From Callorhinchus milii (lineage: Eukaryota): 64,000 bases of DNA. The position numbers were made by a program, and so were the translations under genes. Shown one piece after another: positions 24,419 to 35,982 of this stretch. Each line of letters begins with the position of its first letter. Position 1 is the first letter of the stretch. Location of the stretch: the NCBI RefSeq assembly GCF_018977255.1, contig NW_024704742.1, positions 25,856,001 to 25,920,000 on the forward strand, written 5' to 3'. Below the pieces are notes generated by a model. The model had not been told where the DNA came from and did no database searches. It saw nothing but the letters and a program-made list of their open reading frames with translations.

Positions 24419-25769
24419 TGTAAGATTATGTTTGTGATGATTACTGTTTTTAAGAGTTTTGATTGGTATACTTTTAAAATATAACCAAACACTTATAAGA
24501 TGTTTAGTATAGCATTCCTTAGCTATTAGGGCATAGACAAGGGTGTGTGCTTTTAATGACTAACGTAGGGCCCCTGAGAGGGTACATGTGCCAATTAGTG
24601 TTAGCAAAGGTAAGGATATATTGGCTTGACCCTTGCTGAGGTCAGGTTCTGATAACTTTCCCTCGCTCGGTGCCTGGGTCCTATGTCATTCTCCCATCTA
24701 AGAATTGAGTAATCATGTCCTTGAGCACAGATGTGAAAACAAGGAGACTCAGAGAGAGAAGCGCCCTCCTGGAAATCTGATTAGAAACAGGAAAGTAATC
24801 CTCCCAATTAGCTGTGCATATCTCTTTCTCCTTATTAGTTATTTTCCCATGCGAAAAAATCCTGCTCAAAGATCATTAGCAGCCTGTGAAGGGTGGGCGC
24901 TATCTCTGTGACAAGGGGAGGTGGAGTTAGAAACACACAAAAGAAAGATGTAACTTTGAAATAGTTGGAGTTGTCATAGAGGGTCAGAGCACTACCCAGT
25001 GGAATCGATATTGATTCTACTGTATGTATATGTACAGGGCTGAGGGAATTTACCTCCAGTAAGAAAGTGACCATGAAAAGTGAAAGAGGAGGAGTAGTGG
25101 ATAATATATTTTTGGTTCTATCTGCTAGAAGTAGTGATAGTAGTAGTGGTTGGTCCGTTTGAAAAAACAGGAGTCAGGTTAGACAGTATGAGGTGCTGGG
25201 CTAAGAACTGATTGTTTCTGTTGGGTTTCCAGGAGCCACTCTGTGATTCTGTGTGAAAGTTCTGTGATCTCTCCAGCGCATGTCAAGGTGTGATCCCAGG
25301 GCCACTGGTTAGTCTGGAGTATGAAACTGTGCCTGGATAGGTATTGTCGTTCCTGTATCATCAGTACTAAGGACTGCAAGGTACAATGAGGATCAGCTGT
25401 ATCTGAGGCGCGATTACAAAGGTTGAACACCGTACCGGTGATGGTTAAAAGACAGAACTGGGGATTGTCTGTCTTCTGAAATCTTGTGTTACAGAATCAG
25501 TTGTACCTGAGAGATTTCCAGGTGCTGATCTCTGTTGTGTGTTTTGAGGTGTGTTGTTTGTCTGGAGTGTAAAGCAATCCCTGTATGCATACTGTGCGTT
25601 AAGTGTTTTGCTCCATAGATGTGTTGTATGGTTAATGTGTAATATGTAGTATAATTTTATTACAGATTGTTAAACCTTATGTTTCATCTTATGCAATAAA
25701 CTCTATACTCTTACCACTGCCTGTCAAATTATTTACAGTAGGCACAAGCGAACAGAGCCTTTTCTAACA
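24419..25769 (+). mobile_element. Possible solo LTR
   Basis: Bounded by TGTAAGA...TCTAACA (6/7 inverted match) with AATAAA about 70 bp before the right end; no target-site duplication seen. Confidence 0.3.
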
Positions 25770-25844
25770 TACTGTTGCCTTCTTAACTAAAACCAGTTCA
25801 ACCTGTATCACTGAAGACCTAGATAATCCCTTTTAATGAATAAT

Positions 25845-26135
25845 ACCAACAATTTCCATTTATATAGTGCCCTTCATATAGGGTAAAGTTTCAGAGTGCT
25901 TTTGAAAGATGGGGTGGACATCACTTGGGGAGAAGGATGGTGACCACAAGCAAGTTCAAAAAGGTAAGATTCGGCAGGACGTAAAGACAAAAAGAGAAGG
26001 GGCGAGAGAGTGGTAGAGGGAGGAAGTTCCAGAGATTTGGTGGCGCAGACGAGCACCAGGGACATGCAGCTTAGTAGAGTAGTGCGAGAGGAGATCAGAG
26101 AGGTAAGGGGTGAAAGAGAGTGTTTTTATAACAAA
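25845..26135 (-). mobile_element. L2 3' fragment, decayed
   Basis: L2 tail in reverse and PYLSDLL motif on the minus strand. Confidence 0.65.
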
Positions 26136-26409
26136 ATGCACAAGTCTAATTATTTTGCTTTGCTATACATGTGATATTTTTGGATTATAAAACCAATAAA
26201 CAAGAGTCTCACATTTTCCTTTTAAATGTGTAGGCGCTCTGAGCCGCTACTCTGTGTGGAGGGCGCAATACAAATGCAAGTTCTTCTTGTAGTTTTAGTG
26301 AAAAATTGTGCTCATAACAGTGATATGACTCAGTCTTGAGAAAAGCAGGGCATTTGCACATTTATCAGCATGATACATATTCCTCCGTAGTCAAGGAAGC
26401 TGAAGAATT

Positions 26410-27375
26410 CAAATCAAATCAAGTCAAGTTGCCCGCCCATGCTGCCCTTCCAGCTCCTGCCAATGAGCCACACTGGTTGTGCTGTCATAAGCAGTGGCCT
26501 GGAATACTGCAGACCCACCTGGCTCAGGAACTGGACTACCAAGACTGCCACAGAGGGCTGGTTCAATTGCGACATTCTATTGCCAAACATGTCACCTTGG
26601 AGCCAATTCAACTACAAGTAGACCCCACTTACTTGGGCACACGTCCCTTCCCATTAAACGATGGTTCCACCAATTGGAGGTGCAGAGTTGAAGCAGCAGC
26701 TGCTTGCCTCTCTACAGGCCAAGCAAGGCAGATTCCAGCCACTGGACGTACAAACTTGTACTCACGAACTCGGACTCCGGTTCTCGCCTTCCAGTAGCTG
26801 TCACCCCAAGTTTCAGAGTTCCCTCATCAGCTATCTGGTTAAGCTAGCTGCTTAATCCAGGTCCTCGTACGAAGGTCCTTGGTAAATAGATGTGCCCGCT
26901 GTGAAGATGACTCAGCCTCAAGGGGGCTTACTGAGAGGTAGCCCTCCCTCCCTGTAGCCGCTTCTTGTGTTTGCCACAAATCCACCTAACTGCTTGATCC
27001 CGGACTTGCTTGATCCTGCAGATCAGTCGGTGCATCCCTTGGAGCTCAGATCCATAAAGGAAGACTTTTTTAACACAGGTCTTGTTTGCCACAAGCTTGA
27101 CCTGCATTGGGACCTTGCTGTCCTTGAAGAGGGATGAGCATGACCAGAGTGCCCTTCGCCCCTTCTTAGCGTGGTCCTTCAGGACAGTGTCCAGGCTGAA
27201 GTTGGCATCCATTACGACCCCAAGGTACCAATAAGAGTCAACGATTGGGACTGATGCCCCTTGTATCTTGCAATTAATTCCCTCAATGTCTTCTCTTGAG
27301 CTGTCCAGAACCATGATTCCGTACTTGGGGGCACCAACTACCATGTCCCACTGGTTGGTCCAGGGTTCAAGATGG
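26410..27375 (-). mobile_element. Non-LTR retrotransposon fragment (RT C-terminus to zinc-knuckle region), not CR1 or L2
   Basis: WxxxWDMxxxxxKxGIM, VPIVDSYWYLGV and LYGSEL thumb motifs, then decayed RTWIKQL and a knuckle-like GICLA...LLLQ segment. Confidence 0.8.
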
Positions 27376-28787
27376 CGAGTGAAATATGTAAAACACACAA
27401 TGTTGTGCAGAAGTTGCAGCCTTTAGAAACAAGTGTCAGTTTGCTCAGTTGGTAGCTCTCCTCTAAGTCAGAAGCTGGCTGGCTGGCTCATACTTCAGTA
27501 TTCTGTCAAAAAGTGAATGTCTCCTACTGAAGCCACTGTAAATTTAGACACTCTACAGGGATGTTTTTTAATATAAAAAAAGCCTTTCCTTTGTCAGTTG
27601 CACTCTCAGAGTGCTATTTAACAATGAAAAACCAAATTGTTATGGAACATTTAACCTCCCAATAAAATAGCTGCAATTTATTGAATTTTTTTAAAACCAA
27701 ATCAACAAGTTGATGGTTATCTATGTCATTCTAGAACTTGCCTAAGTTACCTTAACGGTAGTTAATAATGAATCCATCCACTTTTAAGTGGTCCAAAACA
27801 CACATCCCATGTGAAAGGCACTATATAAATGCAAGTTGTTGTTGAAAATCCTCAGGACATTGCTCATTCCAAAAGAACTAAACATAAATACAAAGCAGCC
27901 TCGGCCAATGACAAATTCAGTCTAAGGCAAACTTCTTCAAATTTCTCTTTACCAATTACTATTGGCCATGCCAAACAAGGAAAACAGACAATCTTTTTTC
28001 TGGCAAGAAAATGGAGGCATAAAGCTTGAATTTCTCAGCGTGTACCTTAATCAGATATGCACATACAGACGGTACTAAAATAATACATTATACATTTCGC
28101 TTTGCAAATTTTCAGACTCCAACGCTGCTATTGCTCAGGATTATACAAGGCATGTGATGAAGGTCTCAAATGACTCCTTCGATATTATCCCTTTTACTAG
28201 CTTGCTCTAAGTGCTTACCCTGATGACAGAATTGTAATTTCACCATATGATAAGACTGTTAGTATGAAACATATGTCCCAAAACTAACCTACACACTTAT
28301 CAACATGTTATAAGTATGAATGATTGACATCACAATGCCCTATTAGTATTATTTTACAAAACTCAACAAAGCTGCTGGATGCAAATTTGAACCTGCAATT
28401 TGCCACACGAGTCTCTAGGCTATGAAATTGTCACCAGCTGCCAAATGGATGCCATGAACCTCTGATATAGAGTTCAGCAACCCTGTTTCACTCTTCTGCA
28501 CTGCCTCGTACCTGGGCCAAGAGCAGAATCATAGAGACTAGGGAGGAGATTGCCTGTTTGCTGCTGAGTCAGAGAATGTAGTGCAGTTCACATCAAACCA
28601 AAACACAGAGGAAATGAAATAAGTGTTGAAATATGTAACACATACGTTTATCAAAGGTACAGTATTCATAACTCAAATGTTCTGTCCAAAAAAGTTTTAA
28701 TTTATGTTTTCTTGCATTTTCAGGTCTTCTCAATTCACACAATAAGTAAAAATAATTCATACAATAATTCATAACTCCTTTCACAGC

Positions 28788-28960
28788 AACAACTTGCACT
28801 TATATAGCAAACTTCACGCAGGGTAGCATCTCGGAGTGTTTCACGTTGGGAGGACGTCTCAAGGTGCTGTGGAGTGACTGTATTTTGTGGGCAAACTCCA
28901 CAGCCAATTTGTAGTAGCAATGTCCCGCAAACAGCGACCAATTTTATTTGGGGGTTTTCG
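28788..28960 (-). mobile_element. SINE 3' fragment
   Basis: Reverse complement of the common 3' module. Confidence 0.7.
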
Positions 28961-31662
28961 AAGGTTCTGGGGGATAAAACGCAATAATATAAGCGTTGTG
29001 ATTGAACCTGCAGTTTTGTTTGATTCACCAATCAAGTGGAGTTGGAGACTATACCGTTTGTGCAGTGGCTTGTGGTGTGGTGTGGTGTGTCTGGGATAGG
29101 CTGGCGGCTGCTGTAATGTGCAATATCGAGTGGAGCCGCTTGAGGGGGGTCGACACCATGTCCATCTGCAGCCTCCACAGACTTGCTGGGCAAGGGCACT
29201 GACAGCAGCCTCCAGGCTACTCACTCAGCACTGAGAGCTGTCCTTGGTGGAGCTCACAGAGAAACCAGTGAAGTTAAACAGAGGGAAGGAGGGCAGGGAA
29301 GAGAAATAATGCATGAACACAAAGCACAGGAAAGAAAGCTGTGAGTCCTGGTTGAAAGCAGGTAGAGCAAAAGGATGAAATGATGTGCATTTCAAAAATG
29401 CACACCTGCCTGCCTATTAGAAAAAAAAGTGGAATAAACTGCTTCCCCCTTCCTTGAAAAAAGCCTCTTCTTTTTTTTACACAAACATCTCTTTACAAAT
29501 TCTTAACCCATTCCAAGTGTTACTTTCCCACATTTCGGTCTACTTTGCCATTTTTTGTTACTCCTAAGAATCAGTTCTCCTTTACCTGCGTTTGCACTTT
29601 TGTCTCTTCATATGGATCAGTTATAGTCGGTTTATGAGTCCAATGCGACAGTGCAACACTTTTGAAATGATGGTTAAAAAGCTAACAGGTTTAACTAACA
29701 GTGAATGTTGCACTGCAATTTTGACCCCAGTGAATAGCTTCCATGCCTACAGCTCACATAAATACAAAGTATAGCAAATGGTTTGACATGAAATAATGTT
29801 CCCCCAGGAATGTATCATAGCACAGGGCACAGAATAAAAGAAGTCTACTTCAAGATTAAACGTGTCTCATCCACAGAATAAACAGCTCCACCTTGCTAAA
29901 ATAAAACCTCTTCCTTTTTTTTACAAACATCCCTTTACAAACTCTTAATCCTAATCTACTGCCCAAGCCCCAAATCCCCCCTGCCCCCATCTTGTAGAAT
30001 AAACTTGCTGTCTTGGGAAATAAAAATAATTCACAGCAACTCACTCAGCAGTGAGATGTTTCAACGGCATGATAAGGTGCTATAGCAAATGTAAGGAATA
30101 AAAAGGGTAGAACAAATGCGCTGTGCATGGAGCATGAATTCAAGAATGCCCAGGGAGACATTAGTGCAAAATATACCAGGGCAAAGCATTTTTAAACTGA
30201 AGTGGAATGTACAGGGATGGATTTATTACAGCAGTAGTACAATTTGGTGCTGCCACCTTGCAGCACTTTAAAATAGAAGCCAGTGTCAAACAAATGCTTG
30301 TGCTGTAACTGGGTGTTATTGATCATCATCATTGATCATTCCTAATATTCTCCAATACTGACTGCTGTGGCCTTTGGCAAAGACAAAAGCCCAAGGTTTA
30401 AGCTAGAAATCTAAAACAACATGGAACCGAGTTTCAACAACAGCAGATTGCATTTATACAGAACCTTTCATGTAGGGGGAGGATGTTCCAAGGTACTGAA
30501 CAGTCAAGGGTTTGCACCTGAGCTGGGGTTGGAGTCAAAAGTTAGTACTATGATTTACTCCTTGGAGTAGAACTCATTAACAAGTCTGTCATTTGATGAG
30601 CTTGAAAATATCCAGTTGTAATGAATATAGGTGAACTTTCGTATGTATTGAGAAAACCAAAGGACTCAAAGTTTTCAGGAAGGAGTCCTGTTAGTACTTG
30701 CTGCCTGTCGGTGACTTCCTCCCTCACTCTCTCTCTCGACTTCTTTTTTTCTTTTTCATCCTGCCTTTGGGTGTAGCAGTCGTTCTTCCTATGACTTGAC
30801 TGATCTTCTGTTTTTGATTTTTTTTAATCAAACTTGTTGAGCCTCCATTCTCCCCAATGAACTTTATTCCAGTTTCATGAAACTCTCCAGTGTCGACAAA
30901 GGATCCCTAAATCCTCCATTGGGCTGCCATCTGGTGGACAGCATCGACGTGCCCACCAGCCCATCAAACACTTTTATAAATCTAACAGGGCAAGAAAACA
31001 CACTTGTATTTCTTTTAAAAAGGAACACATGTTGTATAATTAACATGCAAATAGGGAATACTAACAGAAAATAAATCCGCTGTGATGTAGCGGACATGAT
31101 TTATTTGCACCTGTACGTTTATTGTGGTTTATAGTACGTGCCAATGAATTATTTAATTTCCATAATCCATCTGGCACTTGCACATAGCCTCCATTCAGCA
31201 ATCGAAAGTGCTGCTCGTTACTAGGACCCAGATATTTACTTAACTTATTAAGGTGGAAAATATCTTATGATGGCGCTACCTGAAATAGCAATAGGAAAAG
31301 AGTCCAGTGGTCGGGTATTACATATGTTTCATGTACCTTTTTAAAATAATTCAGGAGATGAGATTCACATGGTAAATTGCTACCCTCTCTAGTGTATTTC
31401 AATGTTCCACAATGCTTTCACATAAGTCGTATCAGTTGGGACCATACATTTAATATGACTTATGCAAAGTATGAGTTAAGTCAAACTTGCACAGAATATA
31501 AATCCTTGAAAGGGACTTGGGCAGAAGACCTAGTTAGGCGATTGTATGATTTATACAGATCAGACTTATGCGAGGTTTGCTATAATTTAATGGATGTGAT
31601 TAAAGATAGATTGGGTGGGCGGGGGGGGGGCAGTGGTGGATATCTGAAACCACAGCGGATAA

Positions 31663-31977
31663 AGTCCTGTAGCTCAGTGGTTAGAGCACTCCCTTTGCAA
31701 GTGAGAGACCTAAGTTCAATTCCAGGCAGAGGGCGAAACCTTGGGCAAGTTTCCTTACTCCACACAGAGCCTAATAATAATCCCTCCAAAACCAAAAACA
31801 ATAATAAATTGGCCATTTTCAATCTACGACTGTTTGTGGGACATTGCTGTGCGCAATTGGCTGCCGCGTTCGCCCACAAATATACAGTCAATTCACTTTA
31901 CAGTGTGTTCTGTGAAGCGCTTTGGGACATCCTCCCGACGTGAAAAACGCTATATCAAATGCAAGGATTATTATTAT
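31663..31977 (+). mobile_element. tRNA-Ala-derived SINE, short young form
   Basis: Near-identical to 13945-14272 in the opposite orientation. Confidence 0.93.
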
Positions 31978-32589
31978 TTTTATAAATACAGATAGAGGAG
32001 GAGAAAAAAATTGGCAAAGATTTCGGGTGTGACCCTTCAAGAGGACTGACTGTATGGCAGAAATGTTAACCTACCTAACCTTTCCCAGGTTATTGATTTA
32101 CCTGTTGTTCATTAAGGGAAGCGTTTAAACTATTGCAGTGTATAGGCACTGTTATATTATAGGGGTGTGTTTGCCGGACCCAGTGGTGTAACCATCCAAT
32201 TGAGTTCCCTATTAAATGTGTTCCCTATTTAGTGGTGTTTTTTTCTCAGGTGCTGCACGACTGCAGTTACAATCAATAACCACGAGTACTCGAACACAGT
32301 GCTTTATTTCAAATCAGATCTTTTATTTATGTATGCATTTATTTATTCATTTACACACACATACATACATCTCACACACGAGCTTCAACAATATCGCTAA
32401 CAATGTGATACAGTGAGTTGGCGATGGCGAGGAATGGTGACAGACAGAAACGTGGAGTTCTGCACTGAAAAATAAGCAAATATACATATATATATATATA
32501 TATAGGTTGAAACAGATGTGAAACAGGTCCCCAAAACCAACAGGTTGAATTGCAAAGCACCGTTTGGCCCGAAAATAACACGCGAAACG

Positions 32590-32862
32590 TAGGGTGGTGG
32601 GTGGGTGGGGGGTGAGAGGGTAGGGTGGGGGGTGAGAGGGTAGGGTGGTGGGTGGGTGGTGGGGTGAGAGGGTAGGGTGGTGAGTGGGTGGGGGGTGAGA
32701 GGGTAGGGTGGTGGGTGGGTGGTGGGGTGAGAGGGTAGGGTGGTGGGTGGGTGGGGGGTGGGTGGTGGGGTGAGAGGGTAGGGTGGTGGGTGGGTGGTGG
32801 GGTGAGAGGGTAGGGTGGTGGGTGGTGGGGTGAGAGGGTAGGGTGGTGGGTGGGTGGGGGGG
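32590..32862 (+). repeat. G-rich minisatellite with core GGGGTGAGAGGGTAGGGTGG
   Basis: Directly visible; dense G runs compatible with G-quadruplexes. Confidence 0.95.
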
Positions 32863-32989
32863 GTGTGATCTGTGTTGTTGTGTGAGGTGCACAGCTCACT
32901 GGCTCCTGTCACTGATCTGCAGGAGATCTGACTGTTCTGGAGGCTCCATCGTCCCTTTCCCTGGCAATGGGGAGGTGAGGGCTGTGAGC

Positions 32990-33942
32990 GGGGGGGGGGG
33001 GGGGGGGTGTGTGTGGGATGTGTGTGTGTGTGTGGGGTGTGTGGGGGGGGTGGGGGTGTGTGTGGGGGGGGGGGGGGTGTGTGTGGTGTGTGGTGTATGT
33101 GTGTGTGCGTGTGGTGTACTGTGTGTGGTGTGTGTGTGTGGGGGGTGGGGGTGGGGTGTGGTGTGTGTGTGGGGGGGTGGTGTTTGTGTGTGTGGGGGGG
33201 TGGGGTGTGTGTGTGGGGGGGGTGTGGTGGGTGTGTGTGTGTGGGGGTGTGTGGTGTATGTGTGGTGTATGTGTGTGGTGTGTGCGTGTGGGGGGGGTGG
33301 GGTGTGTGGTGTGTGTGTGGGGGGGGTGGTGTGTGTGTGTGGGGGGTGTGGTGTGTGTGTGTGTAGTGTATGTGTGTGTGTGTGTGGGGGGGGGGTGGTG
33401 TGTGTGTGTGTGGGGGGTGGTGTGTGTGTGTGTGTGGTGTATGTGTATGTGTGTGTGTGTGTGGTGTATGTGTGGTGTGTGTGTGTATGTGTATGTGTGT
33501 GTGTGTGTGGTGTATGTGTGTGTGGTTTGTGTGTGTGTGTGGTGTGTGTGGTGGGTGGGTGTGTGTGTGGTGTGTGTGTGTGTGTGTGGTGTATGTGTGT
33601 GTGTGGTGTATGTGTGTGTGTGTGTGGTGTGTGTGGTGGTGTGTGTGTGTGGTGTATGTGTGTGTGGTGTGTGTGGTGGGTGTGTGTGTGTGGGGGGGGG
33701 TGTGTGTGTGGTGTATGTGTGTGTATGTGTGGTGTGTGTGTGTGTGGTGTGTGTGGTGTATGTGTGTGTATGTGTGGTGTGTGTGGTGTATGTGTGGTGT
33801 GTGTGGTGTATGTGTGTGTGGTGTATGTGTGTATGTGTGGTGTGTGTGGTGTATGTGTGGTGTGTGTGGTGTATGTGTGTGTGGTGTATGTGTGTATGTG
33901 TGGTGTGTGTGGTGTATGTGTGTGTGGGGTGTGTGGGGGGTG
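32990..33942 (+). repeat. GT/G-rich low-complexity array upstream of STK32B exon 1
   Basis: Directly visible. Confidence 0.97.
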
Positions 33943-33999
33943 TTGTCAGCCTCCAGGAAGCAGAAACAATATTAAAAATCATAATTACAAATAATTAGC

Positions 34000-34640
34000 A
34001 AAGCCGACGGGAGAGAGTGAGTGAGTGAGTGAGAGAGTGAGTGAGAGAGCGCAGTGTGTGTGTCAGTGTCAGTGTCGGGTCGGAGACAGACAGACAGAGA
34101 CAGAGACCGAGTGAGAGGCGGAGAATGCATCGCTCTGCTCCGCTCCCGACACCGGGAATCCGCTGCGGAGCCGCAGTTTGCGGGAAAATCGGCGGCGTCT
34201 GATAAAGCCGCGGGGACCGGAGGGACCGGGGAGGGAGGGAGCGGCGCAAACCAGAGCTCGGGCTGTGCAAAGCCATGGGGAGCGGGGAGGAGAGTGCGGG
34301 GTCTGCAGCCGGAGCCCCCCACCCGCACCCGCACCCGCACCCGCAGCCACAGCCACAGCCCCGCACACTCTCCCTGGGACACTGGTGGTAACATCCCGGG
34401 ACCCCCCCCCCGTGGGATGGTGCGCGCGTTTTCTTTTGCGGGACTCACAGCTCTTCCCCCCGACCGCACCGCACCCGCACCGCACACCGCACCGCACACA
34501 CCCCCCCCTCCCGGTGTGTGGGGGTGGGGGGGGATATGCGGAGAGAGCCCCCCCCCCCGCACACCATGGGCTCCAATCACTCCCACAAGACGCCGGTGTT
34601 TGACGAGAACGCAGACGGTAAGATCCCGCACCTCTCGGGT
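34000..34640 (+). promoter_or_regulatory. CpG island: STK32B promoter and 5' UTR
   Basis: High GC and CpG density against CpG-poor flanks; contains the start codon. Confidence 0.85.
34566..34617 (+). CDS. STK32B: STK32B (YANK2 serine/threonine kinase) coding exon 1, MGSNHSHKTPVFDENAD
   Basis: Kozak CACCATGG, 52 bp, phase-1 donor G|gtaaga. Matches recalled human STK32B MGGNHSHKPPVFDENEE; NHSHK favours B over A or C, and the divergent CYTL1 neighbour matches human synteny. Exon 2 (VNFDHFQILRAIGKGSFGK) not found in the window. Confidence 0.92.
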
Positions 34641-34867
34641 TATTTTCACTCCCTGTGTGTGACAAGTTGTTTTAGTTAAATTTTTTTTTAAAAACAAACC
34701 CCCAAATTTTTTTTTTTTTGGGGGAAAAAAAATTATTAATTGTGTCGATGCAAATTTTTTTTCTCGAGAGAGAAGGGAAACAAATTCACGCCTCGCGTCG
34801 TTGTTGTTTCTTGTGTTGGAGATTGCTTTTGGGTTGTTAAGTGATTGCTGAGACCTGTGTTGCTTTG

Positions 34868-35982
34868 CACCCCCCCAACCCCACACACACACACACACAC
34901 ACCTCACACCCACACACACACACACCACCACACACACACCACCCCACACACACACACACACACACACACCACCCCACACACACATACACCACACACACCC
35001 ACACACACCACCCCACACACACACACACACACCACCACACACACACACACACACCCCACACACACACACACCACCCCCCCCACACACACACACACACACA
35101 CCCCACACACACACACACCCACACACACACACACACACACACCCACACACACACACCACCCCACACACACACACACCCACACCACCCCCCACACACACAC
35201 ACCACCACACACACACCACCACCCCCACACACTCCCCCCACACACACACACACACCCCCACCCCCCCCACACACACACCACCCCACACCCACACACACAC
35301 ACCACCCACACACACCACCCCCACACACACCACCACACACACCACCACACACACACCACCCCACACACACACCACCCCACACACACACCACCCCACACAC
35401 ACACCCCACACCCCCCCACCCCCACACACACACCACCACACACACCACCCACACACACACCACCCCACACACACACCACCCCACACACACACACCCTACA
35501 CACACACCACCCCACACACACACACACACACACCACCCCCCACACACACACCCACACACACACACACACACCACCCCACACACACACACACACCACCCCA
35601 CACACACCACCACACACACACACACCACCCCACACACACACACACCACCCCACACACACACACCCACACACACACCACCCCACACACACACACACACCAC
35701 CCCCACACACACACACACCCACACACACACACACACCACCCCACACACACACCACCCCACACACACACACACCACCCCACACCCCCCCCACCCCCCACAC
35801 ACACACCACCACACACACCACCCCACACACACCACACACCACCACACACACACCACCCCCCCCCACACATACACACACACACACCACCCCACCCCACACA
35901 CCCCCCACCCCACACACACACCACCCCACACACACACCACCCCACACACACACACCCTACACACACTCCCCACCCCACCACA
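34868..35982 (+). repeat. CA/C-rich low-complexity array at the start of STK32B intron 1
   Basis: Directly visible. Confidence 0.97.

Noticed and set aside
29030..29270. GC-richer patch encoding SLEAAVSALAQQV on the minus strand
   Set aside because: Too short, with no recognisable domain or convincing splice pair; possibly a transposon remnant.
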